A DNA stretch of 64,000 bases, taken from NCBI GenBank assembly GCA_964016885.1, contig OZ024742.1, positions 304,792,001 to 304,856,000 on the forward strand, in the 5' to 3' direction. Under the pieces are notes generated by a model. It searched no databases. It worked only from the letters and a program-made list of their open reading frames with translations, and was not told the origin of the DNA. Position 1 is the stretch's first letter; each line of letters begins with the position of its first letter. Shown here in pieces: positions 1-14,939 of the stretch. The translations under genes were made by a program, and so were the position numbers. The stretch comes from Eledone cirrhosa (lineage: Eukaryota).

Positions 1-282
1 TAGGTTCGGTGTAGTGGAGAAGGAGATTTTAATATTGTTTTTATTAAAGAGCTTTTAATGTCTATGGTGAGGTGGGGGGGGGGGATATTTAGATAGGATG
101 GAGAAGAAGCATTTAGGGTTGCTGTTAGCTACATTAGATGAGAAAGGGGGGTTGATCGTGGAGATTTTTCTAGGCCTGTTGCGTCTATGGGGTCTAGCAG
201 AGTTGGCAGGGGCATTACTAGGGTTATTATTGCCAATGTGCTTGCTAATGGTCGGCCTATTATCATTTCTTAATCTAGGGTT
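1..282 (-). pseudogene. Penelope-like retroelement ORF remnant, RT-to-GIY-YIG linker (Naiad-like type, tentative); continues off the window edge
   Basis: Minus-strand frame reads ...RRNRPRKISTINPPFSSNVANSNPKCFFSILSKYPPPPPHHRH*KLFNKNNIKISFSTTPNL. This matches the PLE linker pattern R.R.I.WFNPP(F/Y)S.NV.TN.G..F..L..KHFP..H.L.K.FN.N..K.SYS...N; one in-frame stop. Confidence 0.75.
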
Positions 283-561
283 GATTCAAAATCTGCTGAA
301 TATGTATATATATATATATATATATGCACACACACATATATATATATATATTATTGATTTATTGATATTTTATTTGAGTGACCCGAATCTTCCTGGTCGT
401 TCTTTTTCGGCTGCATGGGTGATTTTAGGCATAATCTTTTAGTGTTGGTAATTTAACGATAGTTATAGCTCTGATTTACCCAAATAATTGAGCCCTCTGC
501 CACTCATATCGGATTTGTTTATCGTTAATTCGTGAGCTGATTTTCCGATACTCGATTATTC

Positions 562-596
<35 letters not shown>

Positions 597-928
597 TTTC
601 AGTATGTGTATATATATATATATATAGGCATGTATGTAAAAATTAAACAGAATTAACCAGACAAGCGACACAGTAAATTTAAGAAATATATTCTTCACTA
701 ACACTAAACATCCATGTGGTAGACGATTCAATGAATGTCGGTGTGCCTATAAATATCTTGACTTTTCTGTACTTATAAAGGTGTCACGTAAAAGAAAAAT
801 AGATGCGTCATCATTTTTTGTAAATCAGAAAGCAATGTACTAATATATATTGTGTATATTGTTGTGTACGAAGTTACATATATATGTATATTTATATGTG
901 TAAACATGCCTATCCATTGATGTATGGG

Positions 929-989
<61 letters not shown>

Positions 990-1899
990 TAAAAGACATT
1001 TATAAGTACCGTATAAAATTCCACCCCTTACTAATGTTGTGACCTTTTCCGAGTTTAGAAATCGTTAATGTAAAATATATTATCTAAATAGGAAATCCTT
1101 TGAATTCAGGATGAGGACTCCAATAATACTGAATGAAGTGATAATGAATACTGATTCATAACTGTAGCTGTGCAGCATAATCACGCGACTCCATGCCTCT
1201 ATTACTCACATTTCATCTTTGTAAAGTTCTGAAGAGTATTATATGCATAAGGTTAATTATCTATTTTGAATAAAAACAGAATCGTTTTTAGAATACACCT
1301 ACGGTTTCCATCCCGGAAGAATCTGCTTGATATCACTTCTTCAACAATGTAACTGAACCATCAAGGGTGTATACTGTGGATAACGAATTAGCTATGTATT
1401 CCTTCATTTAATCACTTCATCTTTATAGCTTTAAATTTTTACTCAGTAGTGTTTCCGTCTACCACTTCATTTGTTTTGGTTAGTAGGTTGCCATTTCATC
1501 TTCAAGAAATTTAAGTATTCATGTTTAGGTGAGATCTCCCACCATGATATGTTCTATGATTTATTTTTAATTCTTTATAACCCTCTATTTCTTGCTGTCC
1601 TAATTACATCTCTCCTGGCCAACCTCTATATTCTATTTTTGGTGATTCATTTTCATATAGTTTTGTTTTCTTTTTTAAATCCACTTCATTCGTCAGAACT
1701 AATTAAATATTTTTATTGATGCAAGGATTCATAGCTTTCTTTTATCAACAATTCTTTCAGCCGCTGTTGCTAGAATTTTCTCAAAGAATTACTGTTAATA
1801 CTTGAACATTTAAATTTGATAATAATATTTTTTCTCTAATTTTGTTTGTATGATTGATGCTATAAATTTTTCAGATATTTCACATTTGCATTTCAATTT

Positions 1900-2230
1900 T
1901 TCATGATTGATTTGAGCTTAATATCCATTGTTAATATTAAAAGCTAGTAATCGTTGTCTATATCTAAACCTAGAAGCACCCACGTTTTGTGTTCATCTAT
2001 TTTTGATTGGTATATTTTAGGGATGCGAATAAATATTTCTGGTGATGCTTTGTGTTTAGTATAATTAGTTTCTGATAATTTGTGAATTCTAATAATCTTT
2101 CTTTCGTGGTTTTTTTAATGATTTTTGAACAATATTTGTTGCATTTCAGTCACTTTTATTTAAAAATATGATAGCCTTTAGTTTAGATTGGCAATTGATT
2201 TTCAAAATCACGATGGAGATCCTTTCATTT
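1900..2230 (-). pseudogene. Degenerate LINE (RTE-like) APE endonuclease fragment; probably extends toward ~1100
   Basis: Minus strand gives KERLLEFTNYQKLIILNTKHHQ (2104-2039; cf. GERLLEF...NL.I.NT.F.H). Further on it gives VLLGLDIDNDY*LLILTMDIKL (cf. V.RGADI.SDH.LV...I.LKL). Confidence 0.5.
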
Positions 2231-2258
2231 TTGTGGCATATTAATTAATCGCAAGAGC

Positions 2259-2326
<68 letters not shown>

Positions 2327-3669
2327 ATAAAGTAAATAGAAATAAAAAAGCAAATGACACAGTACTATGAAGAAGATAAATTTCACTTTTTTTTAAATAT
2401 AGTTATGAATACTGTTTAATATATGATGTAAACTCTTCGTTTCCATTTCTGTTCATGTTGGATGTATAAATCAACTACTGAGGTTTTCAGTGCAACGAAA
2501 CTAATCGTGGAAACATCAAGTTGCTCCGTTTGTTAACTTGTATTAAATATTGCATGCTTTATGCGGTATATCTTTCATAGTGTCGTTTATGAAATTCAGA
2601 AAGTCAAAGAGTAAACTATCTGATGAGCGTTGTACATACTACGCGATGATAAATCCTGCTAAGTGTAACCAAACTTTTTTCTGCCGAAATTACATGCAAA
2701 TATATATACGCAAACGCACAATTACATTCACATAGACATGTATTCACACCCATACACACAGACAGACAGACACACACACATACACATACATACAGACACA
2801 CACACACACGCAGACACACACACATACATACACACATATATATATATATGTATATATATTCGCTTCTGAGCGTGCATGTTTTGTTTCTTTTACATCTAGT
2901 GAACTGAGGCAATAAAGAATATATTTTAGTGTCTAGAAATACAGCCAAACATCAGCAGAAGATACCAACCATGAATAAATTGTGCTGATCCTTATTCACT
3001 AACGTTCTTTTTTCTGTATACATACATACATACATACATACATACATACATACATACGTACATGCATACATTTGTGAGTGCAGAAAGAGAGACAGTGGAG
3101 GGTGAGGGAGAATGTGTGGACAATGATGTGTGGCATATGTGATTCTTCAGGATATATTTTTTTCCAAACGCGTTCATTTACAAATATTATATATGTGACA
3201 CTGAGTATGTATAGCACCGCTTTTTCTCTCAAGACAGATTCTTTCCCCCCCCCCCCCCTCTTTCGCTTACCTTCTCACTCTCTGTGGATTATGTATCAGT
3301 CTTTTTATCTGCTTAACACGATTCATAACCAACGCCAGGACTCTGAAATAATATTTAATACTTCCTTTCACTTTGAATATATGATCATTTCTAAAGCAAC
3401 TTTAAAGACACATACCATAATGTTTTGCACGTCGAAATGAAAGATCTATATATATATAGATCATCGTCATCATCATCATCGTTTAGCGTCTATCTTCCGC
3501 GCTCGCATGGGTAATATATATATGTATATATGTATATAGGTATATAATTATATATATAATATATATATATATAGATATATAGAAACATGTATATATATAT
3601 ACATACATATATATATATATGTATAAATATATATATATATATATTTATATATTTATATATATATCTATA

Positions 3670-3724
<55 letters not shown>

Positions 3725-3728
<4 letters not shown>

Positions 3729-3852
3729 AAGCCTGATGATTTCTCCCGAATGAAACAGTTCTAGTCCTGCAAAAGCCATTTCCTTATGTTCTGCTATGTA
3801 TTGAGTACCTTACTTACTGTGGTTGCTCCTGATTGAACTCCCGAAAAACTGA
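3725..3852 (+). mobile_element. (TA)n-flanked HHR cassette, family A (degenerate hammerhead)
   Basis: CTGATGA (3733-3739)...GAAA CAG-ttctagtc-CTG. Homologous to 20306-20435, 5756-5878 and 45843-45940; bounded by (TA)n on both sides. Confidence 0.6.
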
Positions 3853-3864
3853 TATATATATATA

Positions 3865-3932
<68 letters not shown>

Positions 3933-4357
3933 AATATAATTTAGCGAGAATCGCATTTCGGCGAGTAGAAATTAGCGAAAAGCAACTTCCGAGCGATAAA
4001 CATACGTAAAAAGGCCATACAAACTGAGACGATGGTTAAGCCATTAACCACCAAGCCCCAAAAAGCGAGCAAGCTAATCGGGTTAAACAAAATAAGATAT
4101 GATTGAAATATATATATTTGAGTGTGTGTATGTGCATATTAATTACGAACATGAGAGCTAATTGTATGCAAATTAATACGTACATTTCTAAGCTCCTCTA
4201 ATATATATTTCCTTGTTGTTGTTTGGCTGATGCTCTCGCCTTCTGAAGAAGGCTCAATTCGGTACAAAAATCGATTAAAATGTTTACTACTTGTCTTTTA
4301 ATTAACGGGGTAATTTGTATTTTCTGGCAAGTTTACATTCTTAAATATTAAATATGC

Positions 4358-4407
<50 letters not shown>

Positions 4408-4429
4408 TTAATATTTAAGAATATATATA

Positions 4430-4497
<68 letters not shown>

Positions 4498-4673
4498 ATT
4501 TGGTCAGTCTAGGTTACGCAAACTGATCCTTAATTTAACCCTTTACATCGGCGGCTAAAGCACCTTAGTTTTCCAAGAGATGTCAAAATTAATGGGCCTA
4601 TTATTTTTATCTAAAGACAATATTTCAAATTCCACCCCGCCTGTCCCTTCAATCTATTTTATTTGTCATTCTT

Positions 4674-4709
4674 TCTTCTGGTGAAGGACAAGCGCCCGAA
4701 ACGTTAAGA
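4674..4709 (+). ncRNA. Minimal PLE-type hammerhead ribozyme, family B (A6G core variant)
   Basis: TCTT-CTGGTGA-AGGACAAGCGCCC-GAAA-CG-TT-AAGA, with stem I TCTT/AAGA. Same family as 10955-10989 and 57340-57374. Confidence 0.55.
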
Positions 4710-4786
4710 CCCTCTTCCTACTATTTCAAGCGTTAACATAATTTATTCATTCCATATACTGTACTGATTATTTCTGTTTACCTTTA

Positions 4787-4820
<34 letters not shown>

Positions 4821-4821
<1 letters not shown>

Positions 4822-4985
4822 ATTGTTTCTACTTTTTGCAAAAGGCAAGCAATTAACCAGTGTATTACTGGTACTTTATTTTCTCGACACCGTAAGGATG
4901 AAAGGCAAAGTAAACCTCGGCGGGATTTGAACTATGCGTCAAAGCATGGCGTCCGACCCTCTACCGATACTGCCAATCCACCGCC
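4821..4985 (-). mobile_element. tRNA-derived SINE (Meta-domain-like), internally deleted copy
   Basis: Reverse complement of the family consensus, with A-box TGGCAGTATCGG, B-box GTTCAAATCC and core GCCTTTCATCCTTACGG.GTCGA.AAAATAAAGTACCAG. Confidence 0.9.
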
Positions 4986-5475
4986 AATCCACATACACAT
5001 ATATATAATGACTGTGGGTATGGTTGTGTGTGTGTGTATGTGTGTGTGATTGTGTCTGTCTGTGTATATACTGTGTGTATATATATATACTGTGTGTATA
5101 TATATATATATAAATGAAAGGTATAGAAAAATATTGTAGCAAAAAGCCAATATATATATATATTATATATATAATATATATATATATGATTGTATATATG
5201 CATGTATGTATTATTTTTTAGTCGATACATTTTTATTACCTGCAACTATGTTCTATATTTCTAAATTTATGGAATGTGGACACTGAAATAGACGAGAAAA
5301 TATTCCTCCCTTGGTAAGAGTTCTTAAAATCTTGCTAACAACCAATACCTCATTTATAGAGGCGACATACAGATATGTGTGCGCACATTTACATGATCTC
5401 TCATTTCACCTTGATCTCTCTCTCTCTCGCTCTCTCTCTCCCTCTCTCGCTCTCTTTTCTCTCGTTATATATATC

Positions 5476-5557
<82 letters not shown>

Positions 5558-5616
5558 GTATACATGTACATGTCATATACGCTATTTGTGTGTAGCATGT
5601 GACTGTGTGTATATAT

Positions 5617-5653
<37 letters not shown>

Positions 5654-5671
5654 GAGAGATAGAGAGAGAGA

Positions 5672-5753
<82 letters not shown>

Positions 5754-5755
5754 GC

Positions 5756-5982
<227 letters not shown>

Positions 5983-6500
5983 TGTGTCTGTATGCTCGCG
6001 CGTGTGTGTGTAGGCCTGTCTATATATATCGATATAGGTTATTTATTGATACTTATGTGTAGTCGTTTCTAGTTGCTTCAGGAAAAGGTAATATAAACGT
6101 GAATATATTTCTGTATGTATCTGAGCGTTTTTGTGTGTTCTGTGACCAAAAAAATTGAGAGACCATGAAACCGAATACATCTTTATGAATACTTCCTTTT
6201 ATTTTCTATTTCGTCTAAACATAAGTTCGTCCTTAATTTTTTTGTTTTATACTTGATGTTTAGTTATGGGATTACATTTGATATTCTTTCCCTCTCTCTC
6301 CCCACTCTCTCTCTCTCTCACTTGTCTTATCTCTCTCTTTCTTCCACCTCTCACTCTCCACCCTCTCTTATCAACATCTCTCTCTCTCTCTCACCCTCTC
6401 TATTTCTTCCACCTGTCGCTCTCCCCCTCTTTCTCGCCTCTTCTCTCCCTACAACCTCTCTCTCTCAACTCCCCCTCTCTCGCTCTCCACCTCTCTCTCC

Positions 6501-6538
<38 letters not shown>

Positions 6539-7013
6539 TCTCTCTATCACACACTCTCTTGCACGCTAGCTCTCTATATTGCTGCCATTTACTCTCTTTC
6601 TTACTACACAGTATCTTTTATTAACTTCTTTCTCAACACTTTCTTCACTCGCCACAATATCTTCATATCTCTCGCTTGAATCTCCCCCACACACCTTTCT
6701 CTATCATCCTCCTCCACTCTCTCTCTCTCTCTCTCTCTCTAAATTTCTCGAACACATACACACACACACGCTGACACACACACACAAAAACAAACACAGA
6801 GAAGCACACAGAAACACACACACATAGACACATACACACACTCACAAATACACACACACAAACACATACACACATATACTCACCAAACACACAAACACAC
6901 ACACACACTCACACATACTCACACACACATAGACAGACACATACACATACGCACAAACAGACACACACACACACACAAACATATACACACACAAAACCAT
7001 ACGCACACATATG

Positions 7014-7110
<97 letters not shown>

Positions 7111-7343
7111 ACAGTTCTGTCCGGCCTCTCAGAAAATGTTATGTACCTAACTTGTCAATTTATTTTATTTCATTTGCCTGTTATTTTACATTTCGCCACA
7201 CACTTATTTTGTCATCAGTTTTCGTCTTTACATTTCTCCCTTTTCTTTCCATGCACCCCTTACCCATCTACTTCCTATTCCATTGGCCTTTTCTACAACA
7301 TATAGTTCGATCTTCTTCCATACACACCATACTTTCTCACCAA

Positions 7344-7386
<43 letters not shown>

Positions 7387-7493
7387 CATACACACACATA
7401 TATATATACTTACATACATATATGTCCATATATATCCACACACATATATATATGTATGTGTGTGTGTATGTGTGTGTGTGTGTGTGTGTGTGC

Positions 7494-7559
<66 letters not shown>

Positions 7560-7572
7560 ATATATACTCAGT

Positions 7573-7623
<51 letters not shown>

Positions 7624-8055
7624 AGAGAGAGAGAGAGAAAGCCCGTTCTCTCTTCTTCATTTTCTTCTTCTACATTTTATTTCTTGTGCTCTTTCATTTT
7701 CACTTTTGTCTCACTTCTTATTTCTATTTTTCCCCAGTTTTCTGTTCCATTGTATGAAATCTTACACTTTTTATGTTCCCAGTCAGTCCATTAGGAAAAC
7801 TCACGTCTGTTTCGAATGGGCTTCTTCTTCTTGAAGTGTTATGTGTCTGATAAGAAAATAGGAGGCAAAGAACTGGATACATGTGTCCTAAGACAGTTCT
7901 AGCCATAAATTTATATTCTCTCACACCTCAGCACCATATTTTCCACGTTGCCTCTCGCAGTACTCTAGAGAAGATTCTGAGAAGTCTACCTAAAGCCCTG
8001 ACCTCACCATATGATATATGCCTGTGTCAATATGTGGAAACGGCTCTGGGTCATT

Positions 8056-8088
8056 TGACGTCACCAAATACGGCTGTAAATCACGTGA
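8056..8088. promoter_or_regulatory. Adjacent full CRE (TGACGTCA) and E-box (TCACGTGA) palindromes
   Basis: TGACGTCA at 8056-8063 and TCACGTGA at 8081-8088 in non-repetitive sequence; motif match only. Confidence 0.25.
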
Positions 8089-9259
8089 CATGCTGATGCA
8101 AAGATAGCGAGAAATCTCTTGAAAGGGGAAAGAAAGAGATTGTGAGAGAAGGAGGAGGATATCTTGTAGAGTGAGAGAGAAAAGAAATAATGATAGAAGC
8201 AGCAAATGCGGTCAGTTATGATGAAAAAAAAAAAAAAAATAATAATAATAACTACAAAAAATAAATAAAGAAATAAAGTAGCATTTTTGTTGGTTTCTCA
8301 TTTCGGTGTCTCTGGTTCTTGTCAAGGAGTGGTGGAGAGGAAGATGTGTTGATTTTAGTGTCATTTTGATCACTCATATGGGATTCTATATGTATGTAGG
8401 CACGTGTCTATCAACGCATCGACCGTCGATATATGTCAGAGGGCCTACATTGTTAATGGGATGGTTGCATTGCGCGTGCATATGTTGTGGTTCTGATTCA
8501 ATATTACTGCTGAGTATTTAATGTGTAAGCGTAATCTCTGCTTTAATGGCAGTAATAGATGAGCAATGTGTGGCTATATTGGTTAGGTATCACTGTGGAA
8601 TATATTTTGATGAAGTGCGTAGCAAGATCTGTGCAAAAGTTATGGTTTCGGTTTCAGTAATTATTTACGACCGAATGCAAATACCAAATTGAAAATATAA
8701 ACAAATAAATAAATTAAACAAGCAAACCATAGGTAGCGATGATTGCAATGGCTGCTGAGAGTGGTTGGTTAGCTGGTCGGTTGGTTGGTGGGTAGTAAAT
8801 ATGATGATGTTAGAGATATTGAAATGTTAGAATTGGGGAAAGATTTCAGTGAGAAGTTAGTAGAAATTGAATGTAATGGCTGTATAAATAGAAGACATAT
8901 GATTGGATAGTGTCTATTGATGGCAGCACTGTTAACAGTAATGATGATAATGATCGGAGTGGTGGTGGAGGTAGAAGGGCAACAGTAAATTGTAGAAGTT
9001 CTTTAGATTTGTAGATACTACTATCTGTTTTATCATATGTTGTCATATGCAGAGTGGATTCTGACTGATAAAAGCAAGGTTTTAGGAATGGGCATCAATG
9101 TTCATCTCATATCATAGTAGTAACGTGTGGCCCCTCGTTTGACCACTAAATACATAATCCCTATGAGTTAGATGAAATTGAAGATTTTCCCCCGGGCGGA
9201 TTTTAATTCATTCAAATATTTACTCTCAGCCCTAACCCGTGTCCTATGTTGCAAAGTTT

Positions 9260-9293
<34 letters not shown>

Positions 9294-9294
9294 C

Positions 9295-9387
<93 letters not shown>

Positions 9388-9881
9388 CCTCTCTCTCTCT
9401 CTCACTCTCTCTCTCTCTTTCACACAAATACACACACCGTCTCTCTCTCTCCGCACTATACACAACACCACCACCATTGAACGATGCTCTAACAATCGCA
9501 TTTAGATACCGGAAGATGCTTGAGAAACAAACGGGAAATATAGTTCCTTTTCTGCTTATAAGTGTATACGACCGCATGCTGAATATAAAATAATCTTTTA
9601 CACACAAGTCTGGATTAATCATTAACTGACGCATTAGCATGAGGCCAGAGACCCTTATATATAACTCTGACCAAGTCGTAATTAGGGATCCCCAAAGAAT
9701 TCATAAAATAATCATGACTCAAACTCTAAAAACCAAAGTAAACGTATGCAGCATTACCTTGAATAAATCCGAATGCATACCAAACACACACACACTGACA
9801 TATAATATGAGTGAGTGTGGATTTGAGATGGAGATATTTCTATATCTATTGCATACAGACATATAAACATATAATACACAC

Positions 9882-10002
<121 letters not shown>

Positions 10003-10291
10003 CGTACACATAAACTCAGAATGTGTCAGCGATACACCAAAAGAAGCATGTGCTTAAGCATTGAGAGAAAGGAATTGAGTTGTATTATCAATAAGTAAAG
10101 AGTTGTATCATGGAGAGTGTTCCATTAATCCGTGCTAATCTTTTTGGAATCATAAGCCTGCTAAGATGCTGTACATCTGTGCACATTCGAGTAACCTTTG
10201 CTGAGACTGAGAAAGAAAATAATTTAAAATCGGTTTCACTCGTACACATACAAAAACGTTTGCATACGCATACACATGCACATACATTTAT

Positions 10292-10347
<56 letters not shown>

Positions 10348-10415
10348 AGTGAGAGAGGGGGGGAGATTTATGTACGTTTTCACATGTACAATAACCTAGG
10401 CATATAAATATAAAT

Positions 10416-10506
<91 letters not shown>

Positions 10507-10564
10507 CGGGGGATGAATTCATAATTCTGACGCCAACAGATTCTGGTGTATCTCTTTCCTCTTT

Positions 10565-10669
<105 letters not shown>

Positions 10670-10954
10670 GAGTTACAGAGAGTGGGAAGGAAGTAGCTGG
10701 ATAGACATGCGTGCATGTTGCTGTACGTATGTATTAAAGTGAATGAATACTTAAAGAATTAAATTCCAAAAGGATTTTGCATATATACACGAATACACAT
10801 CTATGCATACACATTTGTTCTTTTGAGTATATATATTTATATATATACAAGTATTCAAAATGGCTGACAGAAAGCATACGTACTTTTTCTAGAAAATATG
10901 TTATTCACTCTTTCTCTTCTACTTTTCTATGAATTCTTATATTTGTCATTCTAT

Positions 10955-10989
10955 TATTTTGATGAAAGATTACGACAGAAACGTTAATA
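10955..10989 (+). ncRNA. Degenerate family B hammerhead (C3U, weakened stem II)
   Basis: TATT-TTGATGA-AAGATTACGACA-GAAA-CG-TT-AATA. Stem I TATT/AATA covaries with TCTT/AAGA of the 4674 copy; both are preceded by ATTTGTCATTCT. Confidence 0.45.
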
Positions 10990-11072
10990 TTATTTTACTA
11001 ATCTATCAAGTGGTTAACTAATATATATTTTAATTGTACTGTATCGTTTCTTGCCTTTTTTATCGTTCATTT

Positions 11073-11113
<41 letters not shown>

Positions 11114-11317
11114 CATATACACGTGAAAGCTTAGTAAAATCGAAGCTTTGGCTGTGGGCAATCAAAGTCAACCTACAATAGCAATGAGTTGGCAAAGCAC
11201 TCAATAAGGGTAGGTCCTTAGCGTAATAACATACGTTTAAATAGCTTGACAAATTGAACATTGCGGTAGGCAAAACCCCCAACAACACAATACCAAAGTA
11301 ACGAAAGATCTAACAGG

Positions 11318-11370
<53 letters not shown>

Positions 11371-11594
11371 TATATATATAATTGGTGTTGGATGCTTAAA
11401 GCGTCCGTATGCGGTAGGCCGTATGAGCATTCGATGCCCTCATAGAGCAGAGTATGATATTACAGAAAAAAGAGAATCAGTGTTGCGACGAAAGGAATTT
11501 ATTGGACATATTACAATTGTTTCTCGGGCGACCAGCTCGATCGATGTGGTGATCAAACCTGACTCTGAAATCCCGCGATCTCTTTTTTCTGTGA

Positions 11595-11650
<56 letters not shown>

Positions 11651-11695
11651 TGTGTATGTGTGTGCGTGTTATCGAATTATATTTCATCATTATGA

Positions 11696-11888
11696 GTGGA
11701 TTGGCAGAATCGGCAGAGGGTCGGGCAACATGCTTTGTAGCATAGAGTTACGGCCCTTCACGGTCTGAGTTCAAATCCCGCCGAGGTTAACTTTGCCTTT
11801 CATCCTTACGGGGTCGATAAAATAAAGTACCAGTAATGCACTGGGGAAATTGCTGGCCTTGTGCCCAAAGTAGAAACAATTATTATTA
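11696..11888 (+). mobile_element. tRNA-derived SINE (Meta-domain-like), near full length
   Basis: GTGGATTGGCAGAATCGG...GAGTTCAAATCCCGCCGAGGTTAACTTTGCCTTTCATCCTTACGGGGTCGATAA...AGTAGAAACAATTATTATT. Confidence 0.9.
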
Positions 11889-12606
11889 AAGTAGCTTCTC
11901 CTATATATATATATTATATTAAACAGATATTATGTAACTGAATTACCGAGAGAAAAGTAAATACGCATACACATCAAATGGCTTTACATCCTATTTTTAT
12001 CAAACCAGAGGTTGCCTGGAAATCTAACCACGCCCCTACTGAAAAACTCTCTAACGATTTCCTTTAGTTATTAACGTGGCATTGAGGATGTCTACTACGT
12101 TTTGACTCACGAGTAAAGTAAAATATCTCCAAGTATTCTTGGTGTCCAATAACAAGAATATTGGATTGAAAATGAAAATAATATATACATATATGTTATT
12201 GTTATTTTTTGCAGTGTACTTTAGATGCTATATTGCTTTAGCCATCTTGGCCATATGCCACACTGTAGGTGCAATTGTTTCAAAATGTAATTAGAACAAA
12301 GCAAGATATATACTTAATGATGCAATATTCATTTTTAGAATCCATATTTCTAAGAATTTTTAACAGGCTGGGTCAAAGCTGTAGAATGAACGGAAATGAC
12401 TTTCACGTTTCATCTTTTAATTGAATTACCACTAATATCCCATTTATTATCGATGTTAACACTACAGGGGAAAATGTTACTCTGTTTATTTAAATTAAAG
12501 ACATATTCAAAACAGTGACACCAAATACAAATACCCATGGAGGGTTCAGAGAAGTTGCTTCCTTACTGCGTGTATATTTCTTTGAAGGTAGTACATATTT
12601 TTTTAG

Positions 12607-12745
12607 CTGGGGGAATAGACAGGATCGTTAGAACGTCGGGTAGGATGGCATTATGAACATCTTTGCTTCAATTTCAAATACATTACAGGTCAACCTTGCT
12701 TTTAGCCTTTACGGTGTCGATGAAGTAGTCCAGTACTTGGCTTGA
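12607..12745 (+). mobile_element. Old diverged copy of the same SINE superfamily
   Basis: GGATCGTTAGAACGTCGGG...TTTCAAATAC...GGTCAACCTTGCTTTTAGCCTTTACGGTGTCGATGAAG aligns loosely to the SINE consensus. Confidence 0.5.
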
Positions 12746-12750
12746 ACCCC

Positions 12751-12875
12751 CTTCTTCTTCTTCTTCTTCTTCTTCTTCTTCTTCTTCTTCTTCTTCTTCT
12801 TCTTCTTCTTCTTCTTCTTCTTCTTCTTCTTCTTCTTCTTCTTCTTCTTCTTCTTCTTCTTCTTCTTCTTCTTCT
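12751..12875. repeat. (CTT)n/(GAA)n microsatellite, ~41 units
   Basis: Perfect trinucleotide run. Confidence 0.98.
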
Positions 12876-13607
12876 CATTATGATACTTTTAAGTACACCT
12901 TTTATTGTACTTGGCAGAATGAAGATGAGAACCAATCCTTAAAACAAAACAAGAACCTGTTTTAACTGGTCTTATCATTGATAATGATACCTTTCGATTG
13001 CAACACATGCATAAGTGCCTCAACTATTTTAGTGAAAGGAGGCATCATTAAAAACTTAAAATGCGTTTAGCAGGAAGAGATTCTGCAAAGCATACCATTC
13101 TGTTGTTCCTCAACCCTGGACTAGTGCAATTATTTCTGTCACTAGAAACACAGTAAAGCATCTGCTGCAAAAAGGAATCAGCAGATGTTAGCTGAAATGA
13201 AATTAAAGATTTTGGGGTCTGAAATTCCGAGAAGAATAAATCAAGTTATGAACACAGCCTCGTTTTGAGCTCAGAAACATAAGCCAATTCAGGAAACATT
13301 TTCTCCAGTCTTTACTGTGGAAATCATCTCCACGATTTTGCTCATAATATATGTCGTTAATGAAAGCACCGCCATAAATAAACTTTTTGTTCGCATATCA
13401 CTCGTCTGAAATATTATATCTGCTTATTAGTTATTCGAATATTCATAAAGCTATTGCATTCCTTATTTATTATTTCACTTTATATGCTAATTTGTTCTAA
13501 TTATTTTTATTTAATAAAATTAAAATGGTGAGTTTACTACACGATATCTTTGAGCAATTAAAAATACACCGAGGATTCTAAATACCAGCATATCGTTTTC
13601 TATAAAA

Positions 13608-13712
13608 ATAATTGTTTCTACTTTTGGCACAAGGCCAGCAATTATTCCAGTGTATTACTGGTACTTTATTTTATCGACCCTGTAAGGATGAAAGGCAAAG
13701 TGAACCTCGGTG
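13608..13712 (-). mobile_element. SINE 3' half
   Basis: AATTGTTTCTACTTTTGGCACAAGGCCAGC...GGATGAAAGGCAAAGTGAACCTCGG. Confidence 0.85.
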
Positions 13713-13813
13713 CGATAAATAATGTAATGTCATACGGAGCTCCACTGTTATATACTTTATTCTCCACCGTTTCTCTCCTCTTCTCTCTGTCCTCTGCATA
13801 TATTATTGTATAT

Positions 13814-13897
<84 letters not shown>

Positions 13898-13951
13898 ATG
13901 TACACTTAATAGTGCAAGTGTGATTACTATATGCATCCATGAAATGTTAAT

Positions 13952-14132
13952 TTGGCAGTATCGGTAGAGAGTCGGAGATGCTTTCCAGCATAGTTACGTC
14001 CCTTTATGATCTGAGTTCAAATCCGGCCGAGGTTAAATTTGCCTTTCATCCTTATGGGGTCGATAAAATAAAGTACCAGTAATGTACTGAGTTATTGCTG
14101 GCCTTGTGCCTAAAATAGAACAATTAATTATT
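13952..14132 (+). mobile_element. tRNA-derived SINE copy
   Basis: TTGGCAGTATCGGTAGAGAGTCGG...GAGTTCAAATCCGGCCGAGG...TAGAACAATTAATT. Confidence 0.9.
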
Positions 14133-14939
14133 AAATAGTGAGAACGACTTACCTACACACTGGCTCCCCGCATTTTCTAGGGAAATAGAAGCAAGAAATA
14201 CTTGGGTATTTGAAGTAATAGAAGTTGGATGAATGATTATATATATATATATATATCTTCACCCTACAGACCCACTCCCCACCACCATTCCTATCGCTCT
14301 CGTCCACCCTGCTTCTCACCCCACACATCCACCATTAACACCACTAACACACTCCTCCTTTTCACTGCCCCACCCCTTGGCCCACCCCACAACTAACAAT
14401 ACTAACACCCTCACCCATCCCCCTATCATGCACACACCCAGCTGTACATATATACACGCACTCACACTATCCACACACCCTACTACCACCACTAACCCTC
14501 ACCCAAACATCCACTCCAACCACCCCACAACTAATATCACTAACATCCCCCCGACCCCACGCGCACGAACACACACCATCACACACACACCTACATACAC
14601 CACCCACTCCACTCAACCAACCACCACTAACACTCACTTACACATCCGCATTTAACCCTTTCCACACCACCAGTAATATTAACATCCACTAACACCTCCT
14701 TTACCACTCACACACTCATCCAAACACGCACACACAGCAGTACACCACACTCCCTCCTCCGTCCCCATCACCTTTACTTTCCCTCTCCCTCTCCCCGCTT
14801 CACCTACACCCCTTTACACACCCACACATCCCACTAACACCTCTACTAGTACACACCCCATCCCCCCACATCACCACCTTCCCCCTCCACCTTTCACACT
14901 TACCTATATTCTCCCCTGTCCACCGAACCCTCGCACACA

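Noticed and set aside
2620-2650. CTGATGA-GCGT...ACGC as a hammerhead
   Set aside because: Stem II is present but GAAA is replaced by GATG, and there is no stem I or III; at best a relic.
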